Positions 16,217-25,344 of a stretch of DNA of 35,526 nucleotides are shown one piece after another. Made by a program: the position numbers and the translations under genes. Source of the stretch: Actinomycetota bacterium (GTDB lineage: Bacteria > Actinomycetota > UBA4738 > HRBIN12); the NCBI GenBank assembly GCA_046726095.1, contig JBKOZW010000024.1, forward strand, positions 1 through 35,526. Direction: 5' to 3'. The notes below the pieces were generated by a model. That model did no database searches, was not told the DNA's origin, and saw nothing but the letters and a program-made list of their open reading frames with translations. Numbering within the stretch: position 1 is the stretch's first letter; each line of letters begins with the position of its first letter.

Positions 16217-17716
16217 GCGGAGATCTCGAACGATGAGCAGGAGCATCACCGCCAGGATCGGCACGACGATCAGGTAGCCGATCCAGAGGTTGAGCTGGAA
16301 CGCGCCGGGGTACCGCAGGGCCTCGGCAGACCACAACGTGACGCCGAGCAACGAGCTCGTCGCGATCACGGCCGTCCGAGGGATCCGCGGGACCGCCCAC
16401 ACGAGCGGCAATCCCCAAACCACGTACCACGGGAGCAGGATCGGACCGAGCAACATCAGCAACGCCAGCGCCCATCCCCACACGGCCGCCTGCTCCTGTC
16501 CCGACATCCCACCCCTCGACGCCCTGCGCCACACCTCCCGGCCGAGCATGCCGACGCACCACGCGAGGAGCACGACCGCGCCGGCGCGCACGACCCAACC
16601 CAGCGTGTGGAAGCTCAACCAGTCGACGACCTGCCCGATCACGGTCGGCGGCGCGAGCCAGCCGGTCTGACCGACGAGCCCGAGCATGCCGAGCGTCGGA
16701 TCCTTCAGCTGGAAGTACGGAAGCGCGAACGCCACGGCGATCCCGAGCGAGAGGCCGACGTGCGTGAGCGCGGCGCGCCGGCGTTCCTCAGGCGGACGGC
16801 GAGCCACGCACCACACGAGCAGCAACAGCAGCGGCAGCGACGCCGTGACCTTGATCAACGCGCCCAGGGTGAGGACGGCGACGGCCGTGAGCTCCCGCTT
16901 GGAGACGAGAAGCGCGAACGCTCCGACGATCGACAGCGCGACGAGCAGATCGTTGTGGCCGCTGCCCGCCGCATGGAAGAGCACGACCGGGTTCGCGCCG
17001 AAGGCGGCGAGCGCGAACGCCGTCCGGGCCGGCCACAGACGATGCACGATCCACACGATCACGCCGCAGGTGGCGAGGCTCGCCGCGATCGCAAGGTACC
17101 GGTAGGCCTCGACGTGATCGATCGGGTGCGGCAGGAACCGGGAGAGCATCGCGGATAGCGACGTCCACCCGGGACCGTAGTAAGCGGGCGTGTCGACCCA
17201 ACGGGGACCCACCAGGTTCCACAGGACGTCGCCCGAATGGTCCAGCGGCGTCTGGACGTACGGGTTCCCGTGGTAGATCCCTGCGATCCTCCCGTAGAAG
17301 GCGTAGGAGTACACGTCCCGCGAGAACAGCAAGGGCACCAGCAGCAACAAGGCGTGGGCGCACACCACGAGCGCCGCGACGCCGCGCACGGAGACCTCGC
17401 CTCGGAAGGCCGCCTGTAACAGGTACAGGAACGCTCCCGTCGCCAAGAGCATCGCGAGCACTCCCACCGCCAACACCGGATCCCCCGGGATACGGTCCAG
17501 GTGCAGCCAGACCGCCACGTCGCGGACGATCCCGTGCGGTTGGCCACGTGCGGTGAGCCGCGGCTGGTACGGAGAGCCGGGCGTGGCGGCGACGATCGCC
17601 ATCGCCACGATCCCGGCCGCCGTCAGGATCAGCGCTCGCCGTCCTGCTGACGTCATGGCCGACGTCCCGGCCGCGATCGTGGCCGACCCCGTGCCCGCCC
17701 GCTCGTCGACATCCAC
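16049..17716 (-). CDS. GT-C fold polyprenol-phosphate-sugar-dependent glycosyltransferase, MptB/DUF2029-like (paralog A)
   Basis: Polytopic membrane protein with LLFSRDVYSYAFYGRI in the first loop and GSGHNDLLVA, which are MptB-type alpha-1,6-mannosyltransferase-like motifs, plus an acidic tail. The start is GTG 17716 or ATG 17656. Confidence 0.7.
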   Translation of the reverse strand: MDVDERAGTGSATIAAGTSAMTSAGRRALILTAAGIVAMAIVAATPGSPYQPRLTARGQPHGIVRDVAVWLHLDRIPGDPVLAVGVLAMLLATGAFLYLLQAAFRGEVSVRGVAALVVCAHALLLLVPLLFSRDVYSYAFYGRIAGIYHGNPYVQTPLDHSGDVLWNLVGPRWVDTPAYYGPGWTSLSAMLSRFLPHPIDHVEAYRYLAIAASLATCGVIVWIVHRLWPARTAFALAAFGANPVVLFHAAGSGHNDLLVALSIVGAFALLVSKRELTAVAVLTLGALIKVTASLPLLLLLVWCVARRPPEERRRAALTHVGLSLGIAVAFALPYFQLKDPTLGMLGLVGQTGWLAPPTVIGQVVDWLSFHTLGWVVRAGAVVLLAWCVGMLGREVWRRASRGGMSGQEQAAVWGWALALLMLLGPILLPWYVVWGLPLVWAVPRIPRTAVIATSSLLGVTLWSAEALRYPGAFQLNLWIGYLIVVPILAVMLLLIVRDLRSRIELGRLFEDEFARPAPTMLAGEPADEERVPEAPGDDAGDADGSPPIQIGADAL

Positions 17717-17797
17717 GATCGCTCGACGGTAGCACCCACGGGCCAGTATCGGGTGGGCCGCAAGCGGGCTGCCGCGGGGGCGCCGGGACGCAACGCC

Positions 17798-19033
17798 CTA
17801 CGCCGGCGCGGCTCGCTCGCGCGGCCGCTCGAACCGTCCGAAGATCGCGACGAGACCGGCGAGGTAGACCGCCGAGAGCCCGATCCAGAGCGGCCGCTCC
17901 AGCCACCACCCGGCGGTGCTGTCGTGCTGCTGACCGAAGCCTAGCGGCCAGAGCGTCAGGACGGTGAAGAGGTAGGCGGTCATGTGCCACAGGAACAGCG
18001 TCATGATCACGCCGTTCAGGAAGATCGTGACCTTCCACGGCCCCGGGTCTTCGAGCCACCGCGCCAGGGCCGGCCGGAGCAGCATGATCGCCCCGATCGA
18101 CCACACCCCGCCCAGGAGGAAGCACACGGTCGGCGGGTACGCGTTGGACACGAGCTCGACGTCAGTGCCGAGCAGGGACTTGGGGTACGCGCCGATGCCC
18201 GGGAACCAGTCGAACCTGGCGTCGCCGAAGATCTCCCAGAACGGGGGGTTCGTGAGGAGCACGAGGCCGCCGAGCCCGATCGCGACCATCGCCCAGAAGA
18301 CGAGTCTGGGCAGCCGTTCGAACGTCCCGTCCGCGTAGAAGAAGCCGAGCTGGTGCGGGAAGAGCAGGACGAAGGCGACGTTCGCCCACCGCACCCACGA
18401 GATCTCGAACTGGAACCCGATCACGTCGGAGAGCACCGCTCCGATCGCCATGGCGGCCGGAACCCGCCACCGGAAGCGGCGATGCAGATCGACCATCCAG
18501 GGCGCGACGCAGACGATCACCAGATAGATGGCGAGGAACCACAACGGTCCGAACGGGAGGGTCGCTCCCGGTGGAAGGAACAGCCGGAGGAGCCTCGTCC
18601 CCGGCCAGATCCGCGGGCCGGTCGGCGCACCGACGTCGAACAGGTGCATCGCGACGATGACCACGGACCACACGACGAAGAACACGAGGGACGGGCGGAG
18701 CAGGCGCGTGACCCTGGTCCGCACGAACCGCGCGTCCGGATCGCCACGGCGCCGCGACGCATCGAGCGAGACCAGGTTCGAGAACCCGCCGACGAAGAAG
18801 AACACGGGCATCACCTGGAAGAACCACGTGGCGAGCCAGAGACCGGTCGTCACACCGACGGCGCTCGTCGTCCGCAGGACCCCGTCCTGCCACCAGACGA
18901 TGCCGATGAACCAATGCCCGAAGACGACGGCGACGATGCTCGCCGCGCGGAGGAAGTCGACGACCCGGTCGCGCGATGCGGGCGTGGCCGCCACGATCCG
19001 ATCGAGCCGGGTGCTTTGCGGTCCCTGGGTCAT
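17798..19033 (-). CDS. Acyltransferase family 3 (OafA/YrhL-like) membrane protein
   Basis: N-terminus RDRVVDFLRAASIVAVVFGHW matches the acyltransferase-3 signature (D-x-LR-x-x-A-x-x-x-V-x-x-x-H). About 10 TM helices over 411 aa. Confidence 0.75.
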   Translation of the reverse strand: MTQGPQSTRLDRIVAATPASRDRVVDFLRAASIVAVVFGHWFIGIVWWQDGVLRTTSAVGVTTGLWLATWFFQVMPVFFFVGGFSNLVSLDASRRRGDPDARFVRTRVTRLLRPSLVFFVVWSVVIVAMHLFDVGAPTGPRIWPGTRLLRLFLPPGATLPFGPLWFLAIYLVIVCVAPWMVDLHRRFRWRVPAAMAIGAVLSDVIGFQFEISWVRWANVAFVLLFPHQLGFFYADGTFERLPRLVFWAMVAIGLGGLVLLTNPPFWEIFGDARFDWFPGIGAYPKSLLGTDVELVSNAYPPTVCFLLGGVWSIGAIMLLRPALARWLEDPGPWKVTIFLNGVIMTLFLWHMTAYLFTVLTLWPLGFGQQHDSTAGWWLERPLWIGLSAVYLAGLVAIFGRFERPRERAAPA

Positions 19034-19099
19034 CCGATGGCCATCACCTACTCCCCTTCCCCCGCCGGGTCAACGATGGCGGCGGAGGACCGTGGGAGG

Positions 19100-19792
19100 A
19101 TGACCACCGTGAAGCGGGGACTGAAACTCGGGTTCGGGATCCCCGTGCTGCTGATCGGGTTGTTCTTGACGCTCGGCGGCGTCGCCCTGCTCGTCCTCGT
19201 CGGGACCGACGGCACCTTCACGCTCCCCGCGACGAACGGGGACACGAGCGGACATGCGCTCGTGCTCGAGACGCTGGACGTGGATCGGAACCTGGCTTCG
19301 ACGGGAAGCTTCGCCGCGACCGTCGGCGTGACCGTCGGCGGCCACGACGGCGACGTCTTCGCCGGGATCGGGCCGGCGGCCGACGTGACCAAGTACCTGC
19401 GCGGGGTGCGGGTCGATCGGATCGTCCAGGTCAACTGGCCGGGCGGGTTGAAGACGGAGCCCGGCGGCGGTGGGAGGCGCACGCCCCCGCCGCCCGAGGA
19501 GCAGTCCTTCTGGGTCGCGAAGGCGCAAGGTTCCACCGCGACCTTCCAGTGGACCGTCACGGGTGGCGACTGGACGATGGTGATCATGAACGCCGACGGA
19601 TCGGCGGATGTCTCCGTCACCGCGTCGGGCTCGATCGGCATGCCGGCCCTCGGCCCGATCAGCGTCGGCCTGCTCGTGGTCGGCTTGGTGATCCTCGTCG
19701 GCGGGATCCTGCTGACGATCAGTGGGAGCAAGACGCCCAAACCCTCGCGGACCTCGCCCCCGCCACGCCCCGACGACGCCGTGCCCGTCTGA
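19100..19792 (+). CDS. Hypothetical protein anchored by N- and C-terminal TM helices, with a Pro-rich tail
   Basis: Coding-looking tail of ORF 17984..19792: (MTT)VKRGLKLGFGIPVLLIGLFLTLGGVALLVLV, a beta-rich domain (FQWTVTGGDWTMVIMNADGSADVSVTASG), then ISVGLLVVGLVILVGGILLTI. Alternative starts are 19076 (ATG) and 19109 (GTG, 8 nt after GGGAGGA). Confidence 0.6.
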   Translation: MTTVKRGLKLGFGIPVLLIGLFLTLGGVALLVLVGTDGTFTLPATNGDTSGHALVLETLDVDRNLASTGSFAATVGVTVGGHDGDVFAGIGPAADVTKYLRGVRVDRIVQVNWPGGLKTEPGGGGRRTPPPPEEQSFWVAKAQGSTATFQWTVTGGDWTMVIMNADGSADVSVTASGSIGMPALGPISVGLLVVGLVILVGGILLTISGSKTPKPSRTSPPPRPDDAVPV

Positions 19793-19797
19793 GGGCG

Positions 19798-20736
19798 TCA
19801 GCTCACTCGCTCGGTCGCCTCGTCCAGGTCCGCCCGCGCATCTCGGCGCGCCGCCGAGACCAGCACGGCTCCCGTCGCCGCGATCACGATCGCGCCCCCG
19901 ATCACCACGAGCGGCGTCAACGGCTCCCCGAGCACGATCCAGGCAAGCGTCACGGTGATCACCGGGGAGCCATGCGTGATCAGCGCCGATCGCCACGACT
20001 CCACGTGCCGGTGCGACCAGATCACGAGCGTGTGCCCGACGAAGCCGGGGACGAGCGCCACGCCCCAGATCGCGACCAGATCTCGGGCCGCGGGCCAGTC
20101 GGGGAAGCCCCTCGTGATGATCGCGGTCGGCGTCATGACGAGGGCGGCGGCGATCATCACGCACGCGAAGTACACGATGGGATCAACACGGTCGCGGACG
20201 CGTCGCGAGAAGAACCAGTAGGCGCTCCAGGTCACGATCCCACATGCGGCGAGCAGATCCCCGAACGGGCTCCAGCTCGGTAGCCCGGACGACGCGATCG
20301 CGACGACGATCACCCCCGCGAACGACACGCCGACCAGGATCCAGTCGCGGACCGCGATGCGCTCATGGAGCCGGCGCGCCGACACGATCACGATCGCGAC
20401 GGGTGCGAGGGCGCCGATCACGGCCACGTCGGCGATCGTCGTGTGCTTGATCGCGGTGAAGCCCAGACCGATATCGGCGGCGAAGAACACCCCGCCCAGG
20501 GCGCACGAGCGGAACGCGGTCCACGAGAGCCGCCGGCGCGTGAGGAGCATCGCGACGCACGAGATGACGGCGCCGGCCCAGAGCCGGAACATCGCGAAGT
20601 GCAGTCCGTCGAGCGTGCTCCACTTGACGAGGACGTACCCCCATGCCCACGCGAACGTCGCGGCCCAGACCGCGACGACGCCCAGCCGTCTCGCGGCGCG
20701 TTCGTCCGACAGGTCGAGCCCGAGCATGTCGTCCAT
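19798..20736 (-). CDS. EamA/DMT-superfamily transporter
   Basis: 10-TM protein with two EamA-like halves (WAATFAWAWGYVLVK..., ...VITVTLAWIVLGEPLTPLVVIGGAIVIAA). Internal ATG 20736 chosen (or 20727); the ORF upstream of it is R/S-rich. Confidence 0.8.
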   Translation of the reverse strand: MDDMLGLDLSDERAARRLGVVAVWAATFAWAWGYVLVKWSTLDGLHFAMFRLWAGAVISCVAMLLTRRRLSWTAFRSCALGGVFFAADIGLGFTAIKHTTIADVAVIGALAPVAIVIVSARRLHERIAVRDWILVGVSFAGVIVVAIASSGLPSWSPFGDLLAACGIVTWSAYWFFSRRVRDRVDPIVYFACVMIAAALVMTPTAIITRGFPDWPAARDLVAIWGVALVPGFVGHTLVIWSHRHVESWRSALITHGSPVITVTLAWIVLGEPLTPLVVIGGAIVIAATGAVLVSAARRDARADLDEATERVS

Positions 20737-20759
20737 CTTCCCAGCCGGCGGCGCGCTGC

Positions 20760-20765
20760 TAGGCT
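20760..20765 (+). promoter_or_regulatory. -10-like TAGGCT, 6 nt before GTG 20772
   Basis: TANNNT hexamer at leaderless spacing. Confidence 0.35.
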
Positions 20766-20771
20766 CGGCCG

Positions 20772-21065
20772 GTGCACGAGCATCGAGGCATCGCGATCTC
20801 CATCGCGATCGTCGCCGTGACCTTCCTGGCGGCACTGCCGTTCCTGATTCCGACGACGATCTGGATCGCGCTCACCATCTACGCGATGGTCAAAGGCGCT
20901 GGGTCGGCCCCCGATCAGGCGAACGCCACCGTCGTCATGCTGTCGATCGTCGGGATCGTCTCGCTCTTCACGCTCGCGATCGCCGGGGCGATCGCGTTGC
21001 TCGGGCGCGCGATGACGCCGAAGCGGCGTCGTCGCGAGGACCGGGCCGTGGCGTTCGACGCCTGA
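20772..21065 (+). CDS. Small membrane protein (97 aa, 3 TM)
   Basis: IAISIAIVAVTFLAALPFLI, TTIWIALTIYAMV and VVMLSIVGIVSLFTLAIAGAIALL, followed by a basic tail. A TAGGCT hexamer sits 6 nt before the GTG start. Confidence 0.6.
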   Translation: MHEHRGIAISIAIVAVTFLAALPFLIPTTIWIALTIYAMVKGAGSAPDQANATVVMLSIVGIVSLFTLAIAGAIALLGRAMTPKRRRREDRAVAFDA

Positions 21066-21068
21066 GGC

Positions 21069-21857
21069 TCATCGAGCCCGAGCCCACCACCGTCCGTCTC
21101 GCCGCTCAACCAGGACGTCCAGCCCGTAGCAGGCCGAGAGGCCGGCGTCCGTCAGGACGTCGGCCGCGCGGCCGATCCCGACCAGACGACCGCCGCGCAG
21201 GAGCGCGGCGTGGGTCGCCGTGGTCGGGATCTCCTCCAGGTGGTGCGTGGCGAGCACGGTCGTCGGCGGATCGTCCCTTGTCGCCGCCGCGGTCATCGCG
21301 GCGAGCAGCTGCTCCCGCGCCGGCAGGTCGAGGCCCGCGGCCGGCTCGTCGAACAGGAGCAGCGGGCGCGCGCCGAAGAGAGCGCGGGCGATCAGCACCC
21401 GCTGGCGCTCGCCGGACGAGCACGTCCCCAGCGGGCGCGTCGCGAGGTCCAGGCATCCGACGTCGTCGAGCAACGCGCGTGCCCGCGATCGGTCGTCGTC
21501 GGTGAGGACCTGCCACCAGGTCTCCAGCACCGATGCCTTGCCGGTCAGCACGACGTCCTCGACCGGCAGCTCCGGTCGCAGCCGGTCGGCGACCGCGTGC
21601 GATACGTGCCCGATCAGCGTGCGGAGGCGCCGCACGTCCACGTGCCCGAGGCTCGAACCGAGCACGCGGACCTCGCCGGCGGATGGCTGCCGCCATCCGC
21701 CGGCGAGGGCCAGGAGCGTCGTCTTGCCGCTGCCGTTCGGTCCCGGCACGACCCAGTGCTCTCCGGCGCGCACCGTCAGATCGACGGGCCCGAGGATCGT
21801 CCGCCCGCCGACGCGAACGGTCGCGCCCCAGAGGGCGAGCACCTCTCCGGCCGTCAC
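21069..21857 (-). CDS. Single-NBD ABC ATPase, ModF/YlmA (COG1119)-like, with no adjacent permease
   Basis: Coding-like tail of ORF 21069..22850: Walker A GPNGSGKTT, signature SSGERQRVLIARAL, Walker B LLLFDEPAAGLD, H-loop LATHH. GTG 21857 overlaps the ABC-F stop (GTGA). Confidence 0.85.
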   Translation of the reverse strand: MTAGEVLALWGATVRVGGRTILGPVDLTVRAGEHWVVPGPNGSGKTTLLALAGGWRQPSAGEVRVLGSSLGHVDVRRLRTLIGHVSHAVADRLRPELPVEDVVLTGKASVLETWWQVLTDDDRSRARALLDDVGCLDLATRPLGTCSSGERQRVLIARALFGARPLLLFDEPAAGLDLPAREQLLAAMTAAATRDDPPTTVLATHHLEEIPTTATHAALLRGGRLVGIGRAADVLTDAGLSACYGLDVLVERRDGRWWARAR

Positions 21858-23449
21858 CGCACGGCCACGTCGTACGGAGACTCGAGCAGCTCCCGGACTT
21901 CGCCGTCGTCGTCGAAGAACAAGAAGCGATCCATCAGCCGCATGAACCACCGGTCGTGCGTCACGGCGACGACGGTCCCCTCGTAGCGGACGAGCGCCTC
22001 CTCGAGCGCATCCGCGGACGCGACATCCAGGTTGTCCGTGGGCTCGTCGAGCAGCAGCATCGTCGGAGAGTCGATCTCCATCAGCAGGATCTGGAACCGC
22101 GCCTGCTGCCCCCCCGAGAGGAGCTCGAACGGGTTCCCGGAGACGTGGTCGAGCTCGTACCGACGCAGCGTCGAGAACGCGCGCGAGCGCGCGAACCCCT
22201 TCTTCAGGACGACGTCGAGGATCGGCTGGTCGCCCACGTCGGGGCGCTCGTGGAGCTGCGCGAACAGCGCAGGCTCCACGCGCGCCCCGAGCTTCCACTC
22301 GCCGGCGTGCACCACGGCGCCGCCGGCGAGCAGCCGCAGGAAGTGCGTCTTGCCCGTTCCGTTCGGCCCGATCACACCCCAGCGCTCGCCGAACCGGAAC
22401 TCGGCGTCGAAGGGCCGCACGATACCGGTGATCTCGAGCCCGCGCGCTCGGAACGCGACCTTCCCCGTGCGACCGCCGTCGATCGCCATCCGGACGCTCT
22501 GCACGGCCGCCTTGTCGGGCGGCTTCTCCTGTTCCTGGAACCGCTCGAGGCGATGCTCGGCGGAGCGCGCCTTCGATGCCCACCCGTCGTTGTACGCCGC
22601 CTTGCGCTTCATCTCTTTCACCATGTCGGTCAGGCGCTGACGTTCTTCCTCGAACCGCCGATGCCGTTCGTCGAGCCGCTCGACGCGGGCATCGCGGGCC
22701 TCGGCGTAGGTCGAGAAGCTGCCCGGATGCGTCCACGCAGCCTTCCCCTCGAGCGTGACGATCCGCGTGGCCGCCCGATCGAGGACGGTGCGGTCGTGGG
22801 AGACGAACAGCACGGTGCGCGGCTCCGCCCGGATCTGCTCCTCGAGCCACGTCTTGCCCGCGATGTCGAGCGTGTTGTCGGGCTCATCGAGCACGACGAC
22901 GTCGAAGGCGCCGGTGAAGATCGCTTCCAGCGCCAGCCGTTTGCGCTCGCCACCAGACAGCGTGCCGATCGGCCGGTCCGCGCTCTCGGGGTAGCCGCCC
23001 CCGAAGGCGGCATGCGCGGCCTTGTCCCAGACGACCTCCGCCCGGTACCCGCCGGCGTGATCCCACGCGGCGAGCGCATCCGCGTACGCGAGCTGGACGC
23101 GCTCGTCCGTGCCGCCCGTCACGAGCCTGACTTCGGCGGCCCGCAGCCGCTCGGCCGCCCTGCGCACGTCCGAGTCGCTGTAGGCGAGGAGGAACTCGCG
23201 CACCGTCGTCGGACGGGCGTCCGAGCCGATGAACTGCCGCATCAGACCGACGCGGCCGTCGACGCGGATCGTTCCCGCGGTGGGCCGGTCCTCTCCGGCG
23301 ATGATCCGCAGTAACGTGGACTTGCCGATGCCGTTGGCGCCGATCAGCGCGGCGTGCTGGCCGTCGGGGACCCGGAACGACACGCCTTCGAAGAGCGTCC
23401 ACCCCCCGGGGAGCGCCACCGAAACGTCGGTCAGCTCGATCACGGACAT
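21854..23449 (-). CDS. ABC-F family ATPase (two NBDs, no TMD)
   Basis: NBD1: GANGIGKST, LSGGERKRLAL, VVVLDEPDNTLD. Charged helical linker: ERHRRFEEERQRLTDMVKEMKRKA. NBD2: GPNGTGKTH, LSGGQQARFQ, LLLDEPTDNLD. Internal ATG 23449 (MSVIELTDVS) chosen. Confidence 0.9.
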   Translation of the reverse strand: MSVIELTDVSVALPGGWTLFEGVSFRVPDGQHAALIGANGIGKSTLLRIIAGEDRPTAGTIRVDGRVGLMRQFIGSDARPTTVREFLLAYSDSDVRRAAERLRAAEVRLVTGGTDERVQLAYADALAAWDHAGGYRAEVVWDKAAHAAFGGGYPESADRPIGTLSGGERKRLALEAIFTGAFDVVVLDEPDNTLDIAGKTWLEEQIRAEPRTVLFVSHDRTVLDRAATRIVTLEGKAAWTHPGSFSTYAEARDARVERLDERHRRFEEERQRLTDMVKEMKRKAAYNDGWASKARSAEHRLERFQEQEKPPDKAAVQSVRMAIDGGRTGKVAFRARGLEITGIVRPFDAEFRFGERWGVIGPNGTGKTHFLRLLAGGAVVHAGEWKLGARVEPALFAQLHERPDVGDQPILDVVLKKGFARSRAFSTLRRYELDHVSGNPFELLSGGQQARFQILLMEIDSPTMLLLDEPTDNLDVASADALEEALVRYEGTVVAVTHDRWFMRLMDRFLFFDDDGEVRELLESPYDVAVR

Positions 23450-23542
23450 GCCAACGCCGCAGCATACGGGCCCTGCGCCCCAACGGTTGCGCTTCTGCAC
23501 GGCGCTGGGTACCGTCTGGCCACGGGGGGAGGGGTTCGAGGC

Positions 23543-25330
23543 GTGGAGATACGGTCACGAAGGGCCCCTGGCTTCGTCATCCAGACGTTCGATCTCCTCG
23601 GCTCGGGTAGATTCCGACCCACCGTGCAGCTGACCCCGGAACGTCCCTACGCGCTCGTCCGCAACGCGAAGCGGGCGGTCGCCGCGTCGATCATCGGCAT
23701 GTTCTTCGTCGCGATCGTCTCGGCCACGCCGAACTCGCCGTTCTATCCGGTGCTCCCCACGGGGATGGAGGCGGCGAACCCGTTGCGTTGGCTCTCCGGC
23801 GTGCTCGGCCTCGGACACCTCGGGATCACGGGGTTGATGGTCGTCGGTCTGCTCGCGACCATGAGCGCCGCGATCGGTTTCGTCCTGTTGATCCGTGAAG
23901 CCTGGGCCGGCCGGGTGCCGGTGCGCACGGTCGTCGTGCTCGTGCTCGCGTTCCATGCGGTCGTGCTGATGCTCCCGCTCCTGTTCTCGCGAGACGTCTA
24001 CAGCTATGCCTTCTACGGGCGGATCGTGAGCACGTACCGCGCCAACCCGTACGGGGCGACGCCGAGCGACTTCCCGCTGAACAGCCTGTTCCCGCTGACG
24101 TGGCCGGGCTGGCGCAGCACCACGTCGGTGTACGGACCCCTGTTCACCTGGATGTCCGCGCTCATGACGAGCGTCGTGAAGAAGCCGAGCGAGGTCGTGA
24201 CGAGCTTCCAGTTGCTCGCGGCGGCCGCGAGCCTCGGCACGATCGCGGTCGTCGGCCGGCTCGTGCAGCGCGTCCGCCCCGAGCGGACGGCCTTCGCGAT
24301 CGCGATGATCGGTTGTAACCCGATCGTGATCTACCACGTCGTCGGCGGCGGCCACAACGACATGCTCGTGGCGTTCTTCGTGGCATGCGCCGTGTCGCTG
24401 CTGTTCGCCAAGCGGGAGCTCCTGTCCGCGATCGCCCTGGCGCTCGGCATGTCGATCAAGGCGAGCGCGGTCGTGCCGCTCGCGCTCCTGATCGTCGCGA
24501 TCGTCGCGACCGCGCCACCCGAGCGGCGGCGCCGGGTCCTGGCGCTCTACGGAGGCGTCGCGGCGGCCGTGTGGCTCGCGCTCGCACTCCCGTTCATGCG
24601 CGGTGGGAACCCGATCTTCGCGCTCTTCGGGGTCTCGAGCCACGACTCGTGGATGGCGCCCGGGCAGCTGATCGTCCGGGGCGCGTCCGGACTCGGCGGG
24701 CTGATCGGCGGTGAGGCACTCCGTTCCCCGCTCGCCACCTTCGCACGAGTCGGCCTGTTCTCGGCGTCGCTGGCGGCCGTGATCGCGATCGGCCACCGGA
24801 TCTGGACGTCGACCCGGGCGCGAACGCCGGAAGCTCTCGCGGCCGGGTGGTGTTGGGCGTTCCTCGCGATCACGCTCCCGTCCCCCGTGCTCTTCACGTG
24901 GTACCTCGTGTGGGCGCTGCCGCTCGCGTGGGTGATGCCAAAGATCGCGCGGCGCGGGATGGTGATCCTCTCGGCGTTCTTCGTCGTGACCCAGCTCGTC
25001 ACCGAGACCTCGCGGCTGCCAGCGTTCCTGCGCACCGTGAAGCTCCCATTCGGCCACCCGATCGCGATCGCGGTTTGCGTCTGGGTCGGGGTCGACCTGA
25101 TCAGACGCCTCCAACGCGGCACGCCGCTCGACGTGGAGACGGACGAGCCCGCGTTCGGGGACACGTTCGAGGCCGGCGAGAAGCCGGTGCTGCAGACGCT
25201 CCCCGTCGAGGACGACGAGCACGTCGCGGACGAGAGCCTGCTCGCGGAGCCCATCGTGATCGAGCAGACCCCCGTGCCCGTCGAGAACGCGTCAGCGGAT
25301 CCGCCGGAGCCCGCGGCGCTGACCTCCTAG
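23543..25330 (+). CDS. GT-C fold glycosyltransferase, MptB/DUF2029-like (paralog B)
   Basis: Same motifs as paralog A (PLLFSRDVYSYAFYGRI, GGGHNDMLVA), polytopic, acidic tail. GTG 23543 sits 8 nt after GGAGGGG (23528..23534). The ORF-track start 23354 would overlap the ABC-F gene. Confidence 0.72.
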   Translation: MEIRSRRAPGFVIQTFDLLGSGRFRPTVQLTPERPYALVRNAKRAVAASIIGMFFVAIVSATPNSPFYPVLPTGMEAANPLRWLSGVLGLGHLGITGLMVVGLLATMSAAIGFVLLIREAWAGRVPVRTVVVLVLAFHAVVLMLPLLFSRDVYSYAFYGRIVSTYRANPYGATPSDFPLNSLFPLTWPGWRSTTSVYGPLFTWMSALMTSVVKKPSEVVTSFQLLAAAASLGTIAVVGRLVQRVRPERTAFAIAMIGCNPIVIYHVVGGGHNDMLVAFFVACAVSLLFAKRELLSAIALALGMSIKASAVVPLALLIVAIVATAPPERRRRVLALYGGVAAAVWLALALPFMRGGNPIFALFGVSSHDSWMAPGQLIVRGASGLGGLIGGEALRSPLATFARVGLFSASLAAVIAIGHRIWTSTRARTPEALAAGWCWAFLAITLPSPVLFTWYLVWALPLAWVMPKIARRGMVILSAFFVVTQLVTETSRLPAFLRTVKLPFGHPIAIAVCVWVGVDLIRRLQRGTPLDVETDEPAFGDTFEAGEKPVLQTLPVEDDEHVADESLLAEPIVIEQTPVPVENASADPPEPAALTS

Positions 25331-25344
25331 AGCGACGCCGAGGA

